Assembly: GCF_006345805.1 (NCBI RefSeq) | Contig: NW_021835819.1 | Span: 1-40,526, forward strand | Source of the DNA: Octopus sinensis | Taxonomy: Eukaryota | Reading direction: 5' to 3' | DNA: 40,526 bases | Shown here: positions 1 through 10,890 of the stretch, one piece after another | Position numbering within the stretch: position 1 is the first letter of the stretch | Layout of the letters: every line of letters begins with the position of its first letter | Translations under genes and position numbers: made by a program | Notes under the pieces: model-generated | Databases searched by the model: none | Told to the model about the DNA's origin: nothing | What the model saw: only the letters and a program-made list of their open reading frames with translations

Positions 1-57
1 CCAGCATCGGTTTGTCAAATAATGCTAGGGGACAAACACAGACACACAAACCACACA

Positions 58-98
<41 letters not shown>

Positions 99-260
99 CG
101 ACAGGCTTCTTCAGTTTCCGTCTACCAAATCCACTCACAAGGCTTTGGTCGGCCTGCGGCTATAGTAGAAGACACTTGCCCAAGGTACCACGCAGTGGGA
201 CTGAACCCGGGACCATGTGGTTGGTAAACAAGCTACTTACCACACAGCCACTCCTGCGCC
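1..260 (-). mobile_element. tRNA-derived SINE family A (CORE-like head, internal (TA)n, tail cut by window edge)
   Basis: Reverse complement starts ggcgcaggagTGGCTGTGTGG (A box) ... GGTTCAGTCC (B box) ... accttgggcaagtgtctt. Matches more than 10 other copies in the window. Confidence 0.9.
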
Positions 261-286
261 TATATGTATGCGTCATATACATATAT

Positions 287-442
287 ACGACGGGCTTCTT
301 TCAGTTTCCGTCTACCACATCCACTCACAAGGTTTTGGTCGGCCCGAGGCTATAGTAGAAGACACTTGCCCAAGGTCCCACGCAGTGGGACTGAACCCGG
401 AACCATGTGATTGGTAAGCAAGCTACTTACCACACAGCCACT
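287..442 (-). mobile_element. SINE family A, extra head module in tandem with 1-260
   Basis: Second A-box/B-box head, separated from the first by a TA-rich spacer. Confidence 0.88.
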
Positions 443-559
443 CATATACATATATAATTAAATAAGAGTAGTTAGAAGCAGACACTGTGAAAAACACCAA
501 TAATGATTTCTTGTAGATGACGATAAATACACAATAGAAGGAACTGCCCTGAACACAAA

Positions 560-1745
560 CAACACACACCCTGAAAACACACACACGGACAGCTGCATAC
601 ACACACATACACACACACAAACAAACAAACACATGACTATACACATATGAAGACACACACACATATATATTCATACATATAGACTGGAAACATACAAACA
701 CTCACTTAGTCATAATAAACACATACACATATACACACACACAGTTATTCATTCATCAAAACATTTATACTTTTATACATACATGCAGACACCCCCCTAT
801 TCATATATATATATATATATTATACACAAGCATATATACACAAGCATATATACACAAAAGCAGACAGTATCGAAGAAGACAGATACACACATACACACAC
901 ACATATATATTCTTACAAATGCACTCACACACATACATGCACACACACACACACACACATGTACATACACAAATTTTTGCACGTATATACACACATAGAC
1001 ACAAACATGTACACATCTTCACACAGGTATAAACACACAAACGCACACATACACACACACACACACACACACGTCTCACAAGCATAAACGCACACACACA
1101 CTCTCCCTTTCATGCACATACACCGTCTCTTTTTCTCTCACTCTCTCTCTCTTTCTCTATCGCTCTCTCTCTTTCTCTTTCATTCTCTCTCTCTTTCTCT
1201 TTCTCTCTCTCGCTCTCTTTTGCTCTCTCTCTTTCTCTTTCGCTCACTCTCTTTCTCTTTCGCTCTCTCTCTCCCTTTCAGTCTCTCTCCCTCTCTCTCT
1301 TTCGGTCTCTCTCTTTCACTATCTCTTTCACTCTCTCTCTCTTTCTCTTTCACTCTCTCTTTCTCTTTCGTTCATTCTCTCTCTCTTTCCGTTTCTCTCT
1401 TTCTCTTTCGCTTTCGCTCTCTCTCTCCCTTTCAGTCTCTCTCCCTCTCTCTCTTTCGCTCTCTCTCTTTCACTCTCTCTCTCTCTCTCTTTCACTATCT
1501 CTTTCACTCTCTCTCTCTTTCTCTTTCACTCTCTCTTTCTCTTTCGTTCATTCTCTTTCCTCTCTCTCTCTCTCTTTCCGTCTCTCTCATACACACACAC
1601 AAACTCTTACACAGACATACAGAAATAAGCACACACACACACATACACTCGCATGGACACATTTACACACACACACACATACAGGCACACATACTCACAC
1701 ACACACACACACACACACATTTAATTAAACATACACACACATGCA
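560..1745. repeat. Compound microsatellites: (CA)/(TA), then (TC)n/(TTTC)n polypyrimidine tract 1110-1590, then (CA)n
   Basis: Read directly from the sequence. Confidence 0.95.
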
Positions 1746-1834
1746 GTGTAACATGTCAATGGACAAATAAATTAATCAATAACATAGATTACACTAATTA
1801 ACTAATCAATACATTGTTACGACAAGCCCACCTT

Positions 1835-1885
1835 TTCGCTAGAAATAGCAGCCAAATATTCATCAAATAATGTACTTCATTACAT
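1835..1885 (+). mobile_element. SINE-like family D, upstream fragment
   Basis: gctagaaatagcagccaaat is also found at ~36775 (+) and ~10680 (-). Confidence 0.6.
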
Positions 1886-1899
1886 TACATCATTTATCT

Positions 1900-2080
1900 T
1901 TTACTTGTTTCACTCATTGGACTGTGGCCATGCTGGGGCACCACCTTGAAGGGTTTTAGTTCAACAAATTAATCCTAGCATTTATCATTTTCTTTTTCAG
2001 TTTGGTTCTTATCTTATTAGGCCCTTTGGTCAAACTGTTAAGTTACAAGGATGTAACCAAACCACCACCGGTTGTCAGAA
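1900..2080 (-). mobile_element. Old SINE family A tail
   Basis: ttacttgtttcactcattggactgtggccatgctggggcaccacc is a diverged reverse complement of the family A 3' end. Confidence 0.75.
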
Positions 2081-2644
2081 GACTGGGTAGTCATATCTGG
2101 AACATCTCTCATCATAGATCTGCTGGATGAGAGCTGACCTGCGCTTAAACAACAACTAAAACCATCACATTAAATAATGTAGTCCTAGATACACTATGCC
2201 TGAATAAAAGACTGGGTGGTCATATCTGGAACATCTCTCATCATAGATCTGCTGGATGAGAGCTGACCTGGGCTTAAACAACAACTAAAACCATCACATT
2301 AGATAATGTAGTCCTAGATACACTATGCCTGAATAAAGGACTGGATGGTCATATCTGGAACATCTCTCATCATAGATCTGCTGGATGAGAGCTGACCTGG
2401 GCTTAAACAACAACTAAAACCATCACATTAGATAATGTAGTCCTTGATACACTATGCCTGAATAAAAGACTGGATGGTCATATCTGGAACATCTCTCATC
2501 ATAGATCTGCTGGATGAGAGCTGACCTGGCCTTCAACAACAACTAAAACCATCACATTAGATAATGTAGTCCTAGATACACTATGCCTGAATAAAAGACT
2601 GGGTGGTCATATCTGGAACATCTCTCATCATAGATCCGCTGGAT
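2081..2644 (+). repeat. 129-bp tandem repeat, ~4.4 copies
   Basis: gactgg unit starts at 2081, 2210, 2339, 2468 and 2597. Confidence 0.97.
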
Positions 2645-2664
2645 TGGGACAGATGTGATGCTTA

Positions 2665-3110
2665 GCAACAACAACATCAGCAACATCACCAGGTATACTT
2701 CAAGTAGCTACTACTACTACTACTACTACTACTACCGCATCCACCACCCTCACCACTACTACCACAACTATCTTCAACATCTCCACTAACATCACTACGA
2801 ACACCACCACCACCACCACCACCACACAGCCACCACAATCACACCACCACCACCACCACCAACACAACCACCACTACCAACACCACCACCATCACCACCA
2901 CTGCCACCGCCACCACCACCACTGCCACCACCACCACCACCACCACTGCCACCACCAACAACACCACCACCACCACCAACACCAACAACACCACCACCAC
3001 CACCAACACCACCACCACCAACAACACCACCAACACCACCACCACCACCAACAACAACACCACCACCACAACAACCACAACAGCCACCACAATCACGCCG
3101 CTACCACCAC
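2665..3110. repeat. (TAC/CAC/AAC)n trinucleotide microsatellite
   Basis: Read directly from the sequence. Confidence 0.93.
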
Positions 3111-3394
3111 TACCGACATCAGTATACATTTATGAAATTAAATGTCCAGAATCTGGACTGGTCAAACAAAACCGTCCCACCCATCCACCCCCACCTCAAA
3201 CCATTCAACCTCTTCCCCCTTCCACCCTGCTCCACCCCTTACTACGCACGCCACTGCCACCTCTGCCCAACCCCGTTCCCCATTACACACACGAAGAATC
3301 ACTGCTACACCCACTATGACTTCATAACAGTCCCCACCAGCTATATTTCATCCCATGACCATCACCACAGAAAATGCACACAGATACCATATAT

Positions 3395-3762
3395 AGAGAT
3401 ATATATTTACATATATACATGTGTGTGTGTGTGTTATAAATATATATATATTATATATATAATATATATATATATATATTTTATATATACATTGTGTGTG
3501 TATATATATATATTTTTATATATAAATGTGTTGGATATATAATATATATATATATATATATATGTATGTATATAATGTGTATGTGTGTATATATATATAT
3601 GTATGTATGTATGTATATAATGTGTGTGTGTGTGTATATATATATATATGTATGTATATAATGTGTGTGTGTATGTGTATATATATTATATATATATATG
3701 TATATATGTATGTATATAATGTGTGTGTGTATATATATGTATGTATGTATATAATGTGTGTG

Positions 3763-3802
<40 letters not shown>

Positions 3803-4024
3803 TATAATGTGTGTGTGTATATATATATATATGTATGTATATAATGTGTGTGTGTGTATGTATATATATATATATGTGTGTGTATATATGTACCTAAGTT
3901 CTGATTGAGCAAAGTATCCTGAAGGCATTCTTATTATTACATTCTTAATAACAAAACACACAGGGGGGACATACAGACAGAACACACATACAGAGAGAGA
4001 CAGGGGTCTCATACACACACACAC

Positions 4025-4067
<43 letters not shown>

Positions 4068-4405
4068 ACACACACACACATGTATGAGAACATGTGAGTC
4101 AGTGAATACAGCCCTTGTATAGAAAGCAGACAGATGATGACGACGACGATGGTGGTGGTGGTGGTGATGACGACGATGACAAGAGATGATGCTGATGATG
4201 ATGATTATTGTTGTGGTGGTGATGTCGATGATGATAGTGATGGTGGTGATAGCAATGGAGATGATAATGATCTTGGTGATGGTGATGATGATGATGATGG
4301 TGGTGGTAGTGGTGATGATAATGATGGTGATGATGATAATGATTGTTGTTGTTGTGGTGGTGGTGATGATGATGACGATAATAGTGATGGTGCTGGTGAT
4401 GATGG
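3395..4405. repeat. Compound (TA)/(TG) minisatellite 3395-3890, (CA)n 4005-4080, (GAT/GGT)n 4135-4405
   Basis: Read directly from the sequence. Confidence 0.93.
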
Positions 4406-4438
4406 TGAATGGCAATATCTTATGTACATACACACATA

Positions 4439-4845
4439 GGCACAGGAGTGGCTGTGTGGTAAGTAGCTTGCTTACCAACCACATGGTTCCAGGTTCAGTC
4501 CCACTGCGTGGCACCTTGGGCATGAGTCTTCTACTATAGCCTTGGGCTGACCAAAGCCTTCTGAGTGGATTTGGTAGACGGAAACTGAAAGAAGCCTGTC
4601 GTATATATGTATATATATATATGTATATATATATGCATGTGTGTGTTTGTGTGTCTGTGTTTGTCCCCCTAGCATTGCTTGACAACCGATGCTGGTGTGT
4701 TTACGTCGCCGTTACTTGGCGGTTCGGCAAAAGAGACCGATAGAATAAGTACTGGGCTTACAAAGAGTAAGTCTCGGGGTCGATTTGCTCGACTAAAGGC
4801 GGTGCTCCAGCATGGCCGCAGTCAAATGACTGAAACACATAAAGA
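4439..4845 (+). mobile_element. SINE family A, full length
   Basis: Head with A/B boxes, internal TA/TG tract, tail ending gcatggccgcagtcaaatgactgaaac. Confidence 0.92.
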
Positions 4846-5070
4846 ATGTTGGATGATTCGACTGAGGACTGGCGAACCGGATGGCTGCACCAGGCTCCAA
4901 TCTTGATCTGGCAGAATTTCTACAGCAGGATGCCCTTCCTAACGCCAACCACTCTGAGAATGTAGTGGGTGCTTTTACGTGCCACCGGCATGAGGGCCAG
5001 TCTGGCAGTAGTGGCACCGGCCACGTTTAAATGGTGTTTTTTACATGCTACCTGCACAGGAGTCAGTCCA
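4846..5070 (-). mobile_element. SINE family M (Meta-domain-like core, (GAT)n tail family), partial
   Basis: Carries ggatgcccttcctaacgccaacc (rc ggttggcgttaggaagggcatcc), shared with the copies at 13380-15390. The MetaSINE assignment is from memory. Confidence 0.8.
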
Positions 5071-5084
5071 ATTTATATATATAT

Positions 5085-5335
5085 TTATTCCCGCACCAGG
5101 CTGTGTTGTGTTCTTGAGCAAGACACTTTACTTGACATTACTCCAGTTCACTCATCTGTAGAAATGAGTTGCAACATCACTGATGCCAAGCTGTATCGGA
5201 CTTTGTCTTTCCTTTGGATAACACCAGGAGTGTGGAGATAGGAGGCTGGTATCCATGGACGACTGCTGGTCTTTCATAAACAGCCTTGCCCAGATTTGTG
5301 CCTCAAAGGGGAACTTTCTAGATGCAATCCGATGG
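5085..5335 (+). mobile_element. CORE-like SINE body, head truncated
   Basis: gtgttgtgttcttgagcaagacactttac...ccagttcactcatctgtagaaatgagt resembles the invertebrate CORE/SINE2 domain. It is the only copy in the window. Confidence 0.55.
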
Positions 5336-5759
5336 TGAGGGTAGTGGAGATGATGATGATGACAATGACGAGGTGTTGATGATGATGATGATGGTGATGA
5401 CAATGATGACGACGATGGGTTTGATGATGATGATGATTGTGCTGGTGATAATGATGATAATGATAATGATGCTGGTGATAATGATGATAATGATAATGAT
5501 GCTGGTGATGATGGTAATGACAGTGGTGTTGAGAATGACGATGGTGTTGATGATGATGATGCTAGTGATAATGATGCTGAAGATGACGCTGATGGCGGTG
5601 AAGATGACGATAATAACGACAGTGATGGTGATGATGTTGGAATTGTGGTAACGATGACGATGATGCTGATCATCATCATGATGCTGATCACGATTCCAAT
5701 GAAAGTGATGATGATGATGGTGATGATGAAGACGATGATGATGATGATGATGACGATGG

Positions 5760-5814
<55 letters not shown>

Positions 5815-5878
5815 GATGGTGATGATGATGACGATGATGATGAAGACGATGATGATGATGATGATGATGACGATGGTG

Positions 5879-5958
<80 letters not shown>

Positions 5959-5985
5959 GGTGATGATGATGATGATGATGATAGT
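5335..5985. repeat. Complex (GAT)n microsatellite
   Basis: Read directly from the sequence; its 5' half is paralogous to 8450-8780. Confidence 0.95.
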
Positions 5986-6190
5986 AACATAAACTTTATT
6001 CATTCATTCTCCCTCTTAATGAGATTTTTTGCAGTTTTTTTTCTTCTGTTTGAGTCAGATTCTCAGATGTCATCCACAAACCATTTATTATTAAACATAC
6101 ATGTCTGTCTCTGCCTCCCTCCCTCCTTCCCTCTCTCCCTCCCTCCCTCTCTGTATTTATATATATATAGTGACTATAGTGATTAGTATA

Positions 6191-6900
6191 GGCGTAGGAG
6201 TGGCTGCGTGGTAAGTAGCTTGCTTCCCAACCACATGGTTCCGGGTTCAGTCCCACTGCGTGGCATCTTGGGCAAGTGTCTTCTACTATAGCCTTAGGCC
6301 GACCAAAGCCTTGTGAGTGGATTTGGCAGACGGAAACTGAAAGAAGCCCATCGTATATATGTATAGGGTCAGGAGTGGCTGTGTGGTAAGTAGCTTGCTT
6401 CCCAACCACATGGTTCCGGGTTCAGTCCCACTGCGTAGACCTTCTACAGGTGTCTTCTACTATAGCCTCGGGCTGACCAATGCCTTGTGAGTGGATTTGG
6501 TAGACGGAAACTGAAAGAAGCCCATCGTATATATGTATATATATATATAGGCGTAGGAGTGGCTGTGTGGTAAGTAGCTTGCTTCCCAACCACATGGTTC
6601 CGGGTTCAGTCCCACTGCGTAGCACCTTCTACAGGTGTCTTCTTTTATAGCCTCGGGCTGACCAAAGCCTTGTGAGTGGATTTGGTAGACGGAAACTGAA
6701 AGAAGCCCGTCGTATATATGTATATATATATATATATAGGCGTAGGAGTGGCTGTGTGGTAAGTAGCTTGTTTACCAACCACATGGTTCCGGGTTCAGTC
6801 CCACTGCATGGCACCTACAGGTGTCTTCTATTATAGCCTCGGGCCGACCAAAGCCTTGTGAGTGGATTTGGTAGACGGAAACTGAAAGAAGCCCATCGCA

Positions 6901-6931
<31 letters not shown>

Positions 6932-7110
6932 TTGTCCCCGCAACATCGCTTGACAACCGATGCTGGTGTGTTTACGTCCCCGTAACTTGGTGGTTCAGCA
7001 AAAGAGACCGATAGAATAAGTACTAGGCTTACAAAGAATAAGTCCTGGGGTCAATTTGCTCAACTAAAAGGCAGTGCTCCAGCATGGCCACAGTCAAATG
7101 ACTGAAACAA
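6191..7110 (+). mobile_element. SINE family A with four tandem heads and one tail
   Basis: Heads start at 6191, 6366, 6550 and 6739; a (TG)n tract and tail follow to ~7110. Confidence 0.92.
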
Positions 7111-7151
7111 GTAAAAGAGTATAAGAGTATATATATATATATATATATATA

Positions 7152-7500
7152 GGTGCAGGAGTGGCTGTGTGGTAAGTAGCTTGCTTACCAACCACATGGT
7201 TCTGGGTTCAGTCCCACTGTGTGGCACCTTGGGCAAGCGTCTTCTATTATAGCCCTATGAGTGGATTTGGTAGATAGAAACTGGAAGAAGCCATTCGTGT
7301 GTGTGTTTGTGTGTCTGTTTGTTCCCCCAACATCGGTGTTGGTGTGTTTATGTCCCCATAACTTGGCAGTTCAGCAAAAGAGACCGATAGAATAAGTACG
7401 AGGCTGACAAATAATAAGTCCTGGGGTCGATTTGCTCGACTAAAGGCGGTGCTCCTGCATGGCCACAGTCACATGACTGAAACAAGTAAAGAATAAAGAG
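7152..7500 (+). mobile_element. SINE family A, full length
   Basis: Head follows (TA)n; tail ends gaaacaagtaaagaata. Confidence 0.9.
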
Positions 7501-7575
7501 AATATTCTGAACAAATTAAAGTTTTCAAAATCACAAACAGAATATACATTTAAAACACTTATATTAAACACACAT

Positions 7576-7874
7576 GGAGGCGCAATGGCCCAGTGGTTAG
7601 GGCAGCGGACTCGCGGTCGGAGAATCACGGTTTCGATTCCTAGACCGGGCGTTGTGAGTGTTTATTGAGCGAAAACACCTAAAGCTCCACGAGGCTCCGG
7701 CAATCCCTGCTGTACTATTTCGCCACAGCTTTCTCTCACTCTTTCTTCTGTTGGCCTGCTCGCTTAGCCAGCGGGGTGGCATCATTTGAAGGCTAAAACA
7801 ATGCGAAGCGCATTGTGACCAGCGATGTGTAGCAACATCTGATAGCCTAGTCGGTCACGGTGATCATGGTGATA
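7576..7874 (+). mobile_element. tRNA-derived SINE, octopus OR-type, tail variant 1
   Basis: ggcgcaatggcccagtggttagggcagcggactcgcggtcg...ggtttcgattcc is a tRNA-like head; head and body are shared with 30932-31352. Confidence 0.85.
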
Positions 7875-7910
7875 TCACACACACACACATATATATGTAT
7901 ATATAACTAA

Positions 7911-8124
7911 GGCGGCGAGCTGGCAGAAACGTTAGCACGCCGGGCAAAATGCCGTTTTTCGTCTGTCGTTACGTTCTGAGTTCAAATTCCGCCGAGGTCG
8001 ACTTTGCCTTTCATCCTTTCTGGGTCGATAAATAAAGTACCAGTTTCGCACTCGGGTCTATGTAATCGACTTAATCCCTTTGTCTGTCCCCTCTATGTTT
8101 AGCCCCTTGTGTGTAGTAAAGAAA
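7911..8124 (+). mobile_element. tRNA-derived SINE family C with RTE-5'/Ceph-domain-like segment
   Basis: A box tggcagaa and B box gagttcaaattcc, then gtcgactttgcctttcatcctttc..gtcgataaataaagtaccag. Copies at 19113 and 39169. Confidence 0.85.
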
Positions 8125-8149
8125 TATATATAACTACGTGTGGGCCCTG

Positions 8150-8320
8150 GTGATTTTCCTTCTCCTTCTTTGAACTTTTCTCTTTCTCCTTCCCGACAAA
8201 GAGCTAAGCTCGAAATGTTAAAAACTCTCTTCTTTCACCAAACGTCAAACTGATACAATTCTTGTGCTCGTCCTCACGTTCGTCTCTGTTTTTATTTTCT
8301 TGGTTTTTTTAATTCATATT
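8150..8320 (+). mobile_element. Penelope-type short fragment, family HH-A, with decayed hammerhead (core 8193-8223)
   Basis: Homologous to the rc of 24706-24910; CCGACAA-A-GAGC-taa-GCTC-GAAA-TGTT. Confidence 0.65.
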
Positions 8321-8449
8321 TTTGAACAGTTTGTTCATTGAATTGACTACATACACACACAGTAGTAGTCCTTTGGCTGCTATTTCTAATATTTTCGGTA
8401 TGTGGTTTAAACAACTTGCTGCAAAAAACCCTTATTATAATTATATAAA

Positions 8450-8780
8450 TAGTGGAGATGATGATGATGATGATGATAATGATGACGATGATGGGGTTGA
8501 TGATGATGATTGTGTTGATGGTGATAATAATGATGATGATGACGATGATGACAATGACGAGGTGTTGATGATGATGGTGATGACAATGATGACGATGTGT
8601 TTGATGATGATGATTGTGTTGATGATGATGATGATAATGATGATGATAATGATGCTAGTGATGATGGTAATGACAGTGGTGTTGAGAATGACGATGGTGT
8701 TGATGATGATGATGCTGCTAGTGATAATGATGCTGAAGATGATGCTGATGCTGACGGTAATGGCAGTGAAGATGATGATA
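8450..8780. repeat. Complex (GAT)n microsatellite, paralogue of ~5340-5625
   Basis: 57-bp identical block at 8660-8716 and 5507-5563. Confidence 0.93.
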
Positions 8781-8806
8781 GATCGTTAGCTACTACACGC
8801 ATTTTT

Positions 8807-8971
8807 TTCTCTCCTTATTTCTCTCCTTGTTTTTTCTGTGTCCCTTTCTGTAGAAGAGCATAGGCTCAAAACGTAAAAGACTTTTTCTATTCCTGAGCGT
8901 TATACTAATACATCTGTTTGTTTTGTACACCACCCGTCTTCGTCTTTTGTTTATTTTCGTAAACTTTCCCT

Positions 8972-8975
<4 letters not shown>
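8807..8975 (+). mobile_element. Penelope-type short fragment, family HH-B, with decayed hammerhead (8844-8879)
   Basis: Homologous to the rc of 24965-25145; CTGTAGA-A-GAGC-atag-GCTC-AAAA-CGTA-AAAG. Confidence 0.7.
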
Positions 8976-9028
<53 letters not shown>

Positions 9029-9508
9029 CACACATATATATACACATATATACACACACACATATATATACATATATTAATCATACTATATGTGTATGCA
9101 TGAATGATGATTATATATATGTGTGTATAAATATAGATGATGATAATGATATATAGGCATACATATACATAAAAACACCCATATGTATATGTGTGTGTGT
9201 GTGCACAAATATACACATACACACACACACACATACATATATATCCATACATATAAATACATACATATATATATATGTATATGTATTTTTGAACAGTTTG
9301 TTCATTGAATTGACTATACATACCCACAGACATATATACATACATACATACACAAACACACACACACATATATATTAATTATATTATATATGTGTATGCA
9401 TGAATGATGATTATATATATGTGTGTATAAATATAGATGATGATAATGATATATAGGCATACATATACACACAAACACCCATATGTATATGTGTGTGTGT
9501 ACACAAAT

Positions 9509-9539
<31 letters not shown>

Positions 9540-9549
9540 TATATATCCG

Positions 9550-9580
<31 letters not shown>

Positions 9581-9651
9581 ATATGTATTTTTGAACAGTT
9601 TGTTCATTGAATTGACAATACATACACACACACATACATACATACACATAT

Positions 9652-9683
<32 letters not shown>

Positions 9684-9837
9684 TACACACACATATATAT
9701 ACACATATATACACACACACATATATATACATATATCAATTATATTATATATGTGTATACATGAATGATGATTATATATATGTGTGTGTGCACAAATACA
9801 CACACACGCACACACATATACATATATATCCGTACAT

Positions 9838-9877
<40 letters not shown>

Positions 9878-10005
9878 ATATATATATATATATATGTATG
9901 TATATCAACACATACATAAACACACACTGGCACATATACACATACATTTAGATATATACATACATACATACATACATGTACATACACACACACACACAAC
10001 CCAGC
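8975..10005. repeat. TA/CA-rich region containing a ~300-bp tandem unit (~2.5 copies, ~9077-9870)
   Basis: tgtgtatgcatgaatgatgatt at 9091 and 9391, with a variant at 9752. Confidence 0.9.
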
Positions 10006-10184
10006 GGTTGGTGTCACCATAGTTACAGTAATTAGCTAGTTTTTATTTTGATCCTATATTCGTATCAATAACCATGTGAGCACATAAAAAATTTATCCCA
10101 TCATTGATGATATCTGCATGGCTGCTGCCTGACAGATATCACTCATACGCCATGCTGTCTTTTATTACATAGCTGGCGTCAGGG

Positions 10185-10520
10185 TGGTGGTGGTGGTGGA
10201 GGTGGTGGTGGCAGCGGTGGTCAAGAGGCTGGTTGTGATGATTTGCTATGGTGTTGGTGGTGATGATGATGGTGATGGTGCTGGTCGCAATGTTTGCTAT
10301 TGTGGTGGAGGCAGAGGCGTGGTGGTGGTGGTGGTGTTGGTAGTGGTTGTTGTGGTGATGGTAGTAGTGGTGGTGGAAGTGATGGTTGTCATAATAGTTG
10401 TGGTGATAGTAGTAGAGACTATGGTGGTGGTAGCAGTAGTGGTGGTGATGGTGATGGTTGTGGTGGTGGTGATGGTAATGATGATGGTGACAATGGTGGT
10501 GGTGATGGTGGTGGTGGTAT
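10185..10520. repeat. (GGT/GAT)n microsatellite
   Basis: Read directly from the sequence. Confidence 0.93.
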
Positions 10521-10796
10521 CTGTGCTGTTAATGGAAGCAGTTGCAGCCAAGCAGAACTATATTACCAAACTGTGACAATCCATCTACGACCACCCCATA
10601 ATTTTATATTCTCTACAATACTGTCCAACAATGTCCTTCCTTTTCTCAAGATGCCTGTGTTAGGATGTGGGAGGACTTAACTGCTATATCTAGCAGATCA
10701 CATGACCACATAGAATGGCTACAGTTGCTGTTGATGCGTTTATTTAGCCCTAGGTCAATCAAATGAGCAAACGCATTAGGTTCGAAATTTCCCCAA

Positions 10797-10842
10797 GACA
10801 CCTGATGAAGGCTGGGGGGTATATCAGCCGAAATGTTGTGTC
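10797..10842 (+). ncRNA. Minimal type I hammerhead ribozyme fold (Penelope-type)
   Basis: GACAC / CUGAUGA-A / GGCUG-10nt-CAGCC / GAAA-UGUU / GUGUC. Stems I and II pair perfectly. Activity is untested. Confidence 0.75.
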
Positions 10843-10890
10843 AACAACAAACAAGATGAGGACAAATATCCGTCAAATGTAAATAATGTA

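Noticed and set aside
7576-7650. Possible tRNA gene
   Set aside because: Imperfect anticodon and acceptor stems, and it continues into a repeated SINE body. The same applies to the family A and C heads.
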